From Eremomyces bilateralis CBS 781.70 (Eukaryota): 64,000 nucleotides of DNA. The stretch lies in assembly GCA_010015585.1 (NCBI GenBank), contig ML975151.1; one strand, written 5' to 3'. Below the pieces are notes generated by a model. It did not search any database, was not told where the DNA came from, and saw only the letters and a list, made by a program, of their open reading frames with translations. A program made the translations under genes and the position numbers. Shown in pieces: positions 1 through 11,068 of this stretch (positions are counted from its first letter, which is position 1; every line of letters starts with the position of its first letter).

Positions 1-77
1 ATTTGTAATATTTCAATAGTTATCGTCAGTTACATATTGTCGCACGTGACGTGCTAAGTGGTTGGAAGGCAAAATAG

Positions 78-344
78 TTTGATACGCCACTCTTCGTGGC
101 AGTTTGGAGAGGGAATATTGAGGCAGTAAAGCTTCTAGTTGAAGCGGGAGCAGACCCTGATTCGATAGATACTAGCGGGTATACGTGCCGTGAGCTGTTG
201 CAACATCGTGGTATGGATGAGGTTTTGGCGCTAATAGGTTCGCAAAAAGGGATTAAAAATCACGAAAGATCAGCTGTAAAGCCGATGGAGGTCATGGATA
301 ATGACAATCTTGTACGGCGGGAAACGGAGGATGGGATGGGCTAA
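78..344 (+). CDS. Ankyrin-repeat protein, last exon only (gene starts before window)
   Basis: After acceptor aatag: FDTPLFVAVWRGNIEAVKLLVEAGADPDSIDTSGYT, matching the ankyrin consensus TPLxxAxxxGxxxxVxLLxxxGADxxxxDxxGxT. Confidence 0.75.
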   Translation, partial: FDTPLFVAVWRGNIEAVKLLVEAGADPDSIDTSGYTCRELLQHRGMDEVLALIGSQKGIKNHERSAVKPMEVMDNDNLVRRETEDGMG

Positions 345-736
345 GGGTCCGCCATTAGCTGGACTTGGGAAACCCGCTCGAGTCTCCCGCAGTGGATCGG
401 TCGAGTGTGCATCTAACGTATCGATCTTGGAGCAAGTGCCATAGAAAGCGGAAGATAGAACCTCAAGTTTGTTAGGGTTTGGCTCTGGACAACGGAAATA
501 ATTTGATCCGTAACTTACAGGTTCAGTAGTTACATATTTCGATATTTGCTAGCTTCATGATCCAAATTGAGCACTCTGTCAGTCATCTGCTGACGAATTA
601 TGCTTTTGAATATTTCTTTCGCCATCGATCAAACCATAGTCATCATAATGTCCCCGGGGGTGATTCCCACCCAACTCAAACCAGCCCCAAGCTGTCTTTT
701 TTCCTAACCAAAGACCATAACCCAGCCTGGAACCTT

Positions 737-2072
737 TCACCTTTGGGGAATCAAAAACCGAATGCTAAAACATATCCTCATGCTAGGAAAATTATATATC
801 AGATTCTCCGCCATGAATTGAGGGGTGTGACGGTGTCTTCTGGCCCGTATCTGCACCCAATCTTTTCTTGATGCGCCGAAACTGTGATGTTGACGGGTCA
901 TCGAATATGCCGAATCGTTGCTGCGGACGCTCGCACGGGATTGAACAGCGCGTTTGGTGGTTTGATGGCGCTGCATCTCGTCCACACCCAATGCGTCGGT
1001 GTAAGTTCGAGGGCTGGTTCTGGTGGCCCGCTTGAGTAGAGGTCTCAATGCTGGGAGAGCGGCGACCATGATCGCTGTCGTGCATTCGGCCGAGGACCAG
1101 ACAACTGCACGATTCAGATCAGCGAACGACTCCCGATGTCCGTGGAAGTGCCGGGAAAGTCGGACGGATCATGGAGTGGACGTACAAAAAGGCATGATGG
1201 AGTTTTGCTTGACTGCGGCAAACCGTCCCACGCTCACCGCCATGGTGATGATGCCCAGTCCGAACGTTAGGCCCAAGGCTACAACCTGCTTCCTCGCCAA
1301 TTGGAGTTCAACCAACAACGGGAACGGAAGCACAAAAGCTTGCAGCACAAGTCAGCGAAAGTCTCGTTCATGCTCCGGAAGATTTACCGTACCCATTACA
1401 TCAGAGGTAATGTCCAACGCCCAGACCGTATTGAGATACGTGGCATTATAGATGCTGCAAGCTGGGAAGGAAGGGATGAAATTCGATGCAATATTCGTTC
1501 CACACCAAAATAGTGTTAGGAATAGGGTCGTAAGATAGGACCCAACGCTGTAAACGATGGTAACAATGAGTGCGGTACGTAAATTGGGCCATGTCTGCGG
1601 GATGAGGAAATAGTAGAGGCTGAGGAGGCTAAACTTCGCGCAGTACAGTGAGGCATTGTAGAAGAATATCCCCATGTACCCAATCTAATCCTTTATGAGC
1701 TGGATCCATTTAGTTGGGACGAGATGAACTACCCACCTTTACGTTTGTCGTAGGACTTGTCTCAGCGATTTCTTCAAACATTCCTCCACGTTCGAATGTC
1801 ATCGTGAGGGTTATTTCCAATCCTGTAGCGAAGAGCACCGAGAGGATAAGGAGAATGTCGGAAAATTTGAGCCCGACTCGCTGGTAGAGGAGTCGAAACC
1901 ATATCCGTATTGACACCAAGATGAATGCCAATCCGTACATCGTCCAGTCCACCGCCTATGGGCCAGTTAATGCCAGTCCCGTACAATTCTCGAGCCGTTC
2001 GTACTGTTCGCATGTTCGTACGGACGACACTGGACATACCATAATTGCTGGCCCTTGCAAAGTGCCCCCCAT
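737..2072 (-). CDS. PTH11-like / rhodopsin-domain integral membrane protein (no CFEM), multi-exon
   Basis: Spliced MGGTLQGPAIM|AVDWTMYGLAFILVSIRIWFRL...SDILLILS...LYCAKFSLLSLYY...WALDITSDVM...VAALPALRPLL; GTATGT donor near 2039, TTAAC..TAG acceptor near 1956. Confidence 0.8.
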
Positions 2073-3324
2073 TGTGTTGGTTCTCGATATATTATATACC
2101 GAGATCACATCCTTGATCTTGGTACGAGTTTCAATGATTGAACAAAAATGACATAGAAACGCGAATGTCCAGTATAGAAAGATGTACCAAATGACAAGTG
2201 AGTCCGTCAATCGATGGTGGTCTTGAATAAGATTAAAGTAAAAGAGCAGCGTCCATCGGACGGGGATAAGGTGACATGAACCCCTGAACTAACGAGGTGG
2301 GAACTGGGGAAGGCTGCAAACCCCAACCTTCAGTCACTATGTACTACTCTATAAGCACTAAACAGGGATGAGGGAATGGACTCGACTCGCACCACCAACA
2401 TGCGCCCATGCGGAATCTACATAATTGAGACACGGGCGTCGGGCCGAGTTAGAGCTTGGAACCCCGAATGAAGCGAAATGGACTGGAATTAATTATGATT
2501 TACGACGTACTCTGAAGTGGTGAAGTCTGAACCTTCCAAGCTCCAATGGGTTGCTATCAGATTTCAGACGTTATTTAGTAATAGCATCCCCTAGCAATAT
2601 AAGCATGGGTATATCTACCCTGCGACGAATTCTACTTCACGCAATACAAGCATCTCACCTCCTCCGCCAGGTAACCTATTGCTTCCCTGATTGATCAACA
2701 CGCTTAAAAGATCAATAGTTGCCTACTGCCCAGTGCGGCAGTGCCCTAATGAGCCGTCCATACCATGACTCGGTGATACTAAGATCGATACAAGTGGTGT
2801 TCCTAACTCTTTCAAGTTCCCAGTCAATCAGACTCCCCTTGACCCCTCCCGTCTTAACACAGTTAGTAGAATAGTGCTAACTCGCCTGCTCAACCGAAAA
2901 CTCTTCTCAGTGCTCTAGGTGCTCGACGCTCGTTCGTCATGAATCGTCAAGGAACATGACGATGGCCACTAATGCGCGACACTAGCGGTGGTGTTAAACA
3001 TTAAATGATTCCAGTTAAGATAATAAGATTTACCTCAGTAAGCTCGGGCCATCTCCAATAGCTACCAAATGGCCTGATTGTAAGGATCAACGGATCACGT
3101 GGGGGCCGAGTAGAGACAAGCACGCGACTGAAAGAAAAACCGGCATACCAAAAGCTTTGGACGGGGTCCACAACACCATACAAAATCGCATACATGGATG
3201 GATTTCAACGCAAATATCTCAACCAACGCGGGTTTAAACACTGTTAAATTGAAATGAGACTATTTGCAACGCGTAACAACCCCATCCCAATAGGTTTTGG
3301 GAGGTTTAGGAAGAGTTCGCCTTT

Positions 3325-4172
3325 TTATTCCCTATTATCTGCCCCTCCGCGTCTTATCACCTCCTGAAGCCTATCAGGCATGGAATCAACGCGGGCCTTG
3401 ATCCAATCCTGCCGAATTCCGTCCCATCACTCTTTCAAAAGCTGTTGCATCTCATCAGGTTCCCAATGGGTAAATTTACGTACGTGTTGCTTCATTGGTT
3501 GGAAAGCGTCCTCAACGATCGTGAGGTCTGGAGATCCTGCGCAATTGAAATAGTGTTCAAGACGGTGATCAGAATGGGACTTCCATTCCTTTACGATATT
3601 TCCCCTAGCACGTGGCGGCCCATGGCCTGAGTCTTGTTCCTCTTCCAATACAAAATCGTGACCGTTCTGGATCCAAGGGTTGACAATGGGATCTAGGATG
3701 GAATCGATATATGTTTGTTGCGCCATCTCACCCGTGGTATTGCTCGGTACATCATACGTTACAAGGTCTGATTTGAAGTTGTAGCCAACAGCCCCCCAGA
3801 CGTGGACGTTGTTTTTGGCGTTCTGTTCAACTTCTCCTTGTCGTTGTACACACTGAGGGCAATACCGCTCGCCCGGGCGTCGAATAATCATCAACTTTCC
3901 CTGCGGACCAAGCCCGGCGTGGGACTCCGTCGCTAAAACGGAGCCTCCTCCACCGGTATTTGGTAGGATACCGGTCCTTCATTAAGGTAGCGAAATCGAC
4001 GCGTTTTTCGGCGAGGTTCCTAGAAACCCATGCTTTTTGACAGGCGACGCATTTATGGTAATCCATCGTACCCATAGCCCGCTTAACGGTACGCACGCAG
4101 ACGTCTAGACCAGCCTCATACCCTAGGGGCCCCAGGACATGGCCCTTCCATAGACATCTTGTTCTTCAATGC
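3325..4172 (-). mobile_element. Tc1/mariner (IS630-Tc1) transposase relic, 5'-truncated and disrupted
   Basis: RTVKRAMG...WRRLRFSD (frameshift) ...VHVWGAVGY...VLEEEQDSGHG...SPDLTIVE...premature TGA at 3427-3429, then WIKARVDSMPDRLQEVI (typical Tc1 C-terminal motif). Confidence 0.85.
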
Positions 4173-4435
4173 CGTCCTCTGCCAACCCTCTCACAGCCAG
4201 CTTTACAATTCCTCAACAGTCCCATACCTCATCAGCATGGCTAGAACTCGCTCTCAGCTCCCATATCGTCACCTAGAAAGTTCATCTGACCGTGTCCGGA
4301 GGTCAGTCGAGCTTCATCAACAAACCCTACATTTATCAATCATCTCTGCAACACTTCATGACAAGGCTGGTGAGATTTGTCCACTACACTAGCTATATTA
4401 TTACTGGCGTGGAAATATTTTACATATCACTATTG

Positions 4436-5330
4436 TCAGCTCCTTCGATTGAAGAAGTTTGAAGCGTATCTTGATGTCTCGTCCAATTTATGAGTCAAAG
4501 CATATATTCTATTGACGTCGCTGTCTCTTGCGCGGGCTAAGTCCCTTCTAAGCATTTGAAGCCACCTCTGCTGCAGCCCTCTTAGGACGCTGTCTGCGCA
4601 CATCTTGAGACCCAAAAAGAGGATTTTAAGCATTATCTTGTGCAAATCTTTCGGCGTAGAAATCATCCATATCTCCAAAGTGATAATTCCATGCCATTGT
4701 TGGAGTGCAGAAAGCATACACTCCCCTTGTAGCGAGAGCCATATTCCGTGCTTTAATCAGCTCTATCGGGTCCTTTTCTTGTCCCGTCTCTGCCAAAAAA
4801 TTGGTCACTGTGCCAAAGTCACTACAGTTATATAGAATAGGCTGAAGCTGTCGACGTTCGATATTAGTAAAGAACTCTTCTAACGACGGGGGTGGCCAAG
4901 CAGGCTGTAGAGGGGATCGAGCCATAGTAATAGGCACAGTAATAGAGACGGGTAAAGACAAATAAGATTGAGTAGGGGAAGAGATAGGGACAGGTGTAGG
5001 TGTCAACATAGACAGGTTATCTAGTGACGTCTTAATCGGACTCCTCCTATTCAAGTGCTATACTCTGATTGCCTTCCTCTCGTTACGAATATCGGTAGCA
5101 GAGACTCGAGTTTCCGGATCCTCCTTTTGAATTGCATTCAATATCTGCATCGACCGGGCCCCAGTATTTGTCATCGATTCGATTAGGTCTTTCTGAGCCA
5201 GTGTACGTCTACGATAGACATTATGCGTACTAGGATCGAGTGATCGAGAGTAGTTATGATGCTTATGTTGAACCTCTAGCCTCCACTTGTCGGTGATAAT
5301 AACTTGCATTGTATCTCTGCAGTAACTGAG
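4436..5330 (-). mobile_element. Mutator-like (MULE/FAR1-type) transposase relic with internal deletion
   Basis: KWRLEVQHKHHNYSRSLDPSTHNVYRRRT...QILNAIQ...SATDIRNERKAIR*HLNRRSPIKTSLDNLS resembles the FAR1/HHNH region preceding the MULE DDE core; core absent, joined to a P/S-rich tail; stops, frameshift, TpA-rich. Confidence 0.65.
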
Positions 5331-5520
5331 CGTAAGCAGCGAACTTGCTGAATCATCACCCCCACGTAATGCGACCACAAAGTATGTATCTATCACAAGT
5401 GTAATTCACGGATGTGCGCGGCCAATTTGCCATCCGAGTTCCGCACTCGCTAAGCCCGATGTTTGTACGAGAGACAATGGTTCAATACTGTGGCTACTTG
5501 TATATGAAGATTAAAATCGC

Positions 5521-6866
5521 TTACAAAGTGTCAAGACTCAACCGCTTTCTCGATCCGTCCCTATCCAAGCTCATATCAAGGTCCTCGCTGGTGACGACTT
5601 TCCTCTTGCGGGCCTCGAACCGCTTGTTCCAGCACCAACGCTGCGCGTCGTAGCAATCCGGGCAATTCTCCTCCACGTTAGTGAATCCCTTCAGACATGC
5701 GGCCCGAACGACGTCCGTATGGTTAGAGAGCAGGACCTCGCGAGGGCCAAATTTGAGATCCCTAGGAACCTCGGGGCTGGAGGGATGATAAGTCCACAGC
5801 ACCCGCAGGCGATTATTGGCGAGGACTTTCTTTACCCTCGCTATCGGGGGCTGGTCTCCGTCCTCCTCGCCTTCGCAGGCCACGACAACATAGTCTCCAA
5901 CATAGACCTATCTCCCATTATCTAGAATTCGGGTTAGCAGGAGCACGGGGTGGCGGGCAGGATGGGAGTACTTACAATGGATTGGCCCGTATACTGCTTT
6001 TCGATACCTGCTCCTGACCTTTGCTTGCAAGGCTGCTTTAGAAGCGGGGACGATGACGTCGTCGTCGCCGTCGCCGTGACCGGCAGATGCAGTCAGCTGC
6101 TTCCCCACGGGTCCGGAGATGTCAGCGACAAAATGCGGTCTTGGCGCAGACCGCTGTGCGCTGGCGAGTCCATCGCCATTACAGCTTGGCATGTATGCAG
6201 CGTAGAGACTGTCGCTCAACTCCGTCGTGGGGCTCTGCGCACAGTCATCGCTAGACGCCTTATCATCTACAGCCTCGACGTTAGCATGCACTATCAGTGC
6301 TGGCGATGCGGCGCCAGCAGCGCCAGGCCCGCTACCAGCCGAAATATCTTCGTGCCCAGGAGCACGATCGCTTTCTAGGATTCCATTTTCCGTGTGTTCC
6401 TGGTGCGCTAGGCTTGCAACCCCGTTGAACGCAATTAGGTCGGTCCGTGGAAATCGTCCCTTGGGACATCGAAAGGAGCTCTTGCAGGGTAGGGAGATCA
6501 TCTCCGTCGCTGCCGCTGCTCTCGTCGTCTTCCGCACCGCCGCTGGTCCCTTGAGCGGCTTGATTAATGTTCTGTGTAGACGCCCGTGCGGCCGCTGCTG
6601 AATCTTTAGTCAGCACAACTAGCCTATCACTGAAACGGACCGATAAACTCACAATGGCCCCGGACCGGACTGGCTGTAGCCGGCTGGTGCGCAGGACAAT
6701 CTTCTCCGTCACTGTCGTCTCTCAGATCCACAATTTCTATGCTACCCAATCGAACCCGGCGGCTCTTGGTAGGGCACCGGCCTTGCCCGCGAGCTGTTTA
6801 GGTCTGCGAACTGGAAGCTGTAGGAACGGCGCTCCGTGACGGCTGGTAAGGAATGAACATGGCCAT
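5521..6866 (-). pseudogene. BAH (bromo-adjacent homology) domain gene, disrupted
   Basis: Spliced reading YNGR*VYVGDYVVVA...PPIARVKKV...LRVLWTYHP...FGPREVLLSNHTDVV...CLKGFTNV fits the BAH consensus; two introns with canonical signals; stops at 6798-6800 (TAA) and 5908-5910 (TAG), frameshift near 6445. Confidence 0.7.
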
Positions 6867-8756
6867 AGTAGCGATTACCGTAGATGATAAAAAGTGTAAA
6901 GATGGTGTACAAATGCCCGGTAAAGGATAAGGGGGGACTGAATCGAGAATTGCACGAGGATAGAAATAGTGGCTGCTTAAGTACTCGGGGCGGCTGCGGT
7001 GCAAGACGCTCTGCACTCGCTATCCTATCGCCACGGCTCGATCGCTCTTCTACTTGCATGCGCAACCCTCGCATCAACCCCTGATTTTGCCTCGCCGCCC
7101 TTGCCGCCAGTCCACGATTTGCAAGGGGATATGCATCCTGCACCCAAGGCATGAATATACCATCCTGTCCTGGTTAGCGTGCCATTAGTGATATTGTTTG
7201 GAGGGTGCGTCCAAAAATAGTGGAAGATGAAGCGGTACCATAGATTGACGTTAATGCGGTCTGCTTGATATCTTTCGTTTCCTTCCCCCTTTCAGTCCGC
7301 GACCAGTGACGGCCAGATATGATATGCGACGATGCTCCTCTCGCCCCTATGCACACGCCAAAGGTTGGAAGAGAAAATTATCCTTCCAAAATTCCATCGT
7401 CGCTGGATCCGAGATCGTACGCAAGCTGCTTGACTCAAAGATAAGGGGCTGCCTCTGCCTATGAGAGCGCGTGGTTGCGAGGAGTGTAATGATTGGGTTG
7501 GAGGCAATCTCGATGGCCGTGCTGGGCCGCCAACCTCAAGCAGCCAGGGGCATCGGTCGTCAGTGGACCGTCGTCGTGCGGGCAGATTCAGCTGCTCACG
7601 TCCGGATAACCGTGGAAATTCTAGTTCGCGAGACCACATGCAATGGCAATCGAGCAATTGGATCCACAGGCTTTCAAGTTCGCATGGATGAGTTGGGGTG
7701 CTGGAGCTGGAACAGCTACACCGCAAAGCCCTCCATTCGTCAAGATGCCTCACCGTCATCGTCACCGTCGGTGTTACCGATGTCACCTGGTTCGGCCTCA
7801 CCGGATGCTTTGAGCACTGCAGGTGGACTGCGACTCGAAACTCTTACGTACGAATAGCAGGTTGCAAGCGAGCGAGCGTGGTTCCTCCCATGCCAAGGAT
7901 CCAAGCCAGAGATAGACTGGGGCACTGACGTCCACATCCAGCTTCCTATTTGATCCCGGAACGCCCATGCCGGTGTCTGTATGAAACCGCAGTGGATTCA
8001 AGTAAGCTGAAGGGATCGGGCGGTCACGATCATCATTATGCAATCATAATCATGCGATGCACGGCATGGTGTGGCCGAGCGCTAAGCTTAGCCGGTTTTA
8101 GAAGGGGCGTCTCCAGTTATGGTTAATGCAGTATTATTGCGGACGCGGTCTGAGGCGAAGTCGACGAGGAAGGCCGGAAAAGTCGGAGTGCGAAGGTGCA
8201 CGCATGATCCATAAAGTAATGAGAAGGAGATATGGAGGGCGGTGGGCGACCGTAGTCCATGGCCAATGCTCAGGGTTCTTGGAAAGGGATGGAGAGAAGC
8301 GATCACGCTGAGACGAACGGGGATGGATCCGGCAGTTCGAGCCCATTAAGTTCGAAGTTCTAAAAGCTGTGCAACGCAGAAGCGATGGGTCTTCGGAGAC
8401 GGGGACGCCGAGGAATGAATGCTCTCTAGGGCCTGTTAGTTCTGCTACATTGCGGCAAAAAGCTCTGATAGACTGGGAAGAAACTCAACATGAAAGGTGG
8501 AACGGAAGCTCACCATCCAGAAGGCGCTACGAGAGGGGAGCGAGCCGTCAGGCATGGAATGGAAAAAGAGGGGAAGAGATCTCGCCCAAGGCGCAGCGCG
8601 GGTCAGCAGGGGATTCAGCCGTGCAAATGGTGCGTGCAAGGGGTCGACCGGTTAGCAAGGCGAAATTGAGACGGGGCGAGGCAAGAGAAAAAGGGGAAGC
8701 CGAAAGGTGGAGGAGGAGGAAGAGGTTATTCAGATTTATGAGGGGATAGACGGTGG

Positions 8757-9033
8757 TATTTATGTTCTGAGGGATTGAAGGTTTGAAAACGGAAGTGAGC
8801 GCTATACCTGATAGGGTGGCGCTAAACTATAAACGGAAGTTCGGTAGCACACAGATTACGTAGTACTCACTCGTGCATGTTATATACATAGTTTTAGAGA
8901 TTACTTGATACCTAACCGTGGGTATTTAGTATAATATGTTCTACTAAATTTCTTCTTCTAAGTTAGCGCCATTATATCGGGTATAGCGCTCTCTCTGTTT
9001 TTCAAACCCTTCGAATCCTCAAAAATATAAATA
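8757..9033. repeat. Imperfect inverted repeat, arms 8757-8870 and 8918-9033, 47-bp spacer (MITE- or TIR-like)
   Basis: Left arm tatttatgttctgagggattgaaggtttgaaaac..gagcgctatacctgata..tggcgctaa..tactcac aligns with the reverse complement of the right arm (tatttatatttttgaggattcgaagggtttgaaaaac..gagcgctatacccgata..tggcgctaa..tacccac). Confidence 0.8.
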
Positions 9034-9141
9034 GAAGTGCTCAAGGTGGTTCTTTCAAATACTCACATAGACAAAGCATGATACAGTCGTACAGTAGCAG
9101 TTCTCAAGGAATGGAAGACAATGAGTTTAAGTTGCTCCATA

Positions 9142-10513
9142 CTATATATTCCTGAGCCTAACAACCATTCTCTTCCCTCGAGTTTTCCCTTTTTTCAAGA
9201 TCTCCAAGCCTCTCTCGACTTGGCTAAGTCCGCCCTCCAAGACCTCTAAGTCCGGAAGCCTGAGGCTTGAACAGTTGATTAATTCGTTGAGCTTCTGTGC
9301 ATAGATGGCTGCTTCTTCATCCAGGACAAATCTTTTCATCTCCACCGTCTCCACCTGGACATGCTCCGGTATTTCCTCATCGTTCGCCATCATGGCGAGA
9401 GGTGCAAATCGGACTCTCGGGGTCTCACCTTTGCTCTCTTCAGTTGCGCGGCAAGTTTGAAGACACAATCCAGCGGTTTTCGGGCCAACCAAATCAATTA
9501 CCCGGCTGAGTCTGCCACTGGTCACTGCTCGAATTTCCTCCACAATCTCTTCCGCCGTCCGGTCATCGCGTACTACGACGTGGTCTGCTCCGAGTGATGT
9601 AGAGAGAGCTGCAGTACGACCCGAACAGACTGTAATGACTCTTAAGCCAGAGTGGATGGCGATTTGAGTCGCAAATTGACCTGTTACGGTACTTCCACCC
9701 CAAATCAGAAACCACTCCCCCACACCTGGCCTAGACGAAGCGGGAGAAACGCTGTAGTAGCCAGAATCCAGCGAATGTGGTGTTTCCGTCCCCAAAGAAT
9801 GCTCTGACGATTCAGGGCTCTTTGGATTTGGATCCGGATCTGGCATCGGTACATCCATCCATTTCCAGAGAGCCATAGCAGCAGTGAGGGCGCCGACGCC
9901 CAAGCAAGCTGCCTGCTCGAAGCTGAGGTCCGCGGGTATTGGAAGCACAGTGTGTTGAGGGACGATGATGTACTCTTGGAAACATCCGGCACGGACGTCT
10001 CGGTAGTACGTCGAAGTCCACACACGGTCTCCGGGTTTTACATGGTGGACGTTTTTCCCAACCTTGGCGACCGTGCCCGATGATTCTCTGCCAGTAATCT
10101 AACAATGGTTAGTACAAGCGGTTGTGAATGGTGAGGACACCTACCCATGGAAATGATGGCAAGCAGAAGTTGTATTCGACAGACTTCCAATCAATCGGAT
10201 TGAGGCCGACGGCATGATTCCTGATCATGACTTCATTGTCGTCTCGGATCTCCGGGACTGGGTAGTCGTCGCGGAGTGCGTACTCCCCCCTCCGCGCCAC
10301 GGTAAGTGCTTGTTGTACTTGTGGAGGCGATAATGATGTGTTTGCCGCTGGCTTTAAAGAATGTTTTGAAAATGTAGGTGCTTGCTTTTCCGATATCTCA
10401 ATCCCAACGATCGTGGTGGGTGTAGGAAGGTCTGACTTCTTTGCAAGCCTAAAAATTCGTCGTATTCGCGCTCGTAAGCGCCTGAGAGAGCTATGATCAG
10501 GCGTTATAGCCAT
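9142..10513 (-). CDS. Medium-chain (MDR) enoyl-/quinone-reductase-like oxidoreductase, 2 exons
   Basis: AVGLNPIDWK...FPW|ITGRESSGTVAKVG...KPGDRV...LSFEQAACLG...LIWGGSTVTGQFATQIA; intron ~10099-10144 (GTAGGT..CTAAC..TAG). Confidence 0.9.
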
Positions 10514-10945
10514 GCTGGTGAATATTGAACACCTAGAGCCGCTTCGAATAGGATCTGCAACGAAAGAGACGATACCGAGTGATTGACTTCTAAAATTCTG
10601 GTTGGGAAATGGCGATACGCACTTTGTACTCCCAATGGAAAGGATTAAATAAATAACAACGTACTATGTAAAGCAGTTTTCCAACTATTGCAACGTCAAC
10701 GCTCCTTATTCGGCTCAGTCCGTATTACAAAATCTGCTCGACAACGGCAGGATCGGGTGTCTCTTCCTAGGAACTGGTTACTGGTACCCCGTGCGGATGT
10801 GACAGCGAGCGGCTAGAGTAGTCTACTTTTGTCCATTCTGTTTGAAAGCCTCAAGAGCCGACGGCAGAGGACTTAAGCTTGCTGGACTGGGTTAGCGTTC
10901 GCGTCCTTGGAATGATGGGGAGGTTGAAGAGGGCGGTGGCCGGTT

Positions 10946-10975
10946 CGGAACTGCTTCCGACGGATTATGTTCCGA
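10946..10975. promoter_or_regulatory. Two tandem CGG-N8-CCGA sites upstream of the MDR gene
   Basis: CGGaactgcttCCGA (10946-10960) and CGGattatgttCCGA (10961-10975). Confidence 0.6.
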
Positions 10976-11068
10976 CGAGCTGCAGCCACGGCGAATAGAA
11001 TTGGACATTGACAATTTCACAAGTATGACGATATTCTGGACGCGCAAGATTGAAGATAGTAGCAAGAA

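Noticed and set aside
2950..3260. Possible coding remnant beside the Tc1 relic
   Set aside because: Short, interrupted, and not assignable to a family
7150..8750. Many short ORFs on both strands
   Set aside because: No recognisable domain or consistent exon chain; probably decayed cargo or UTR sequence
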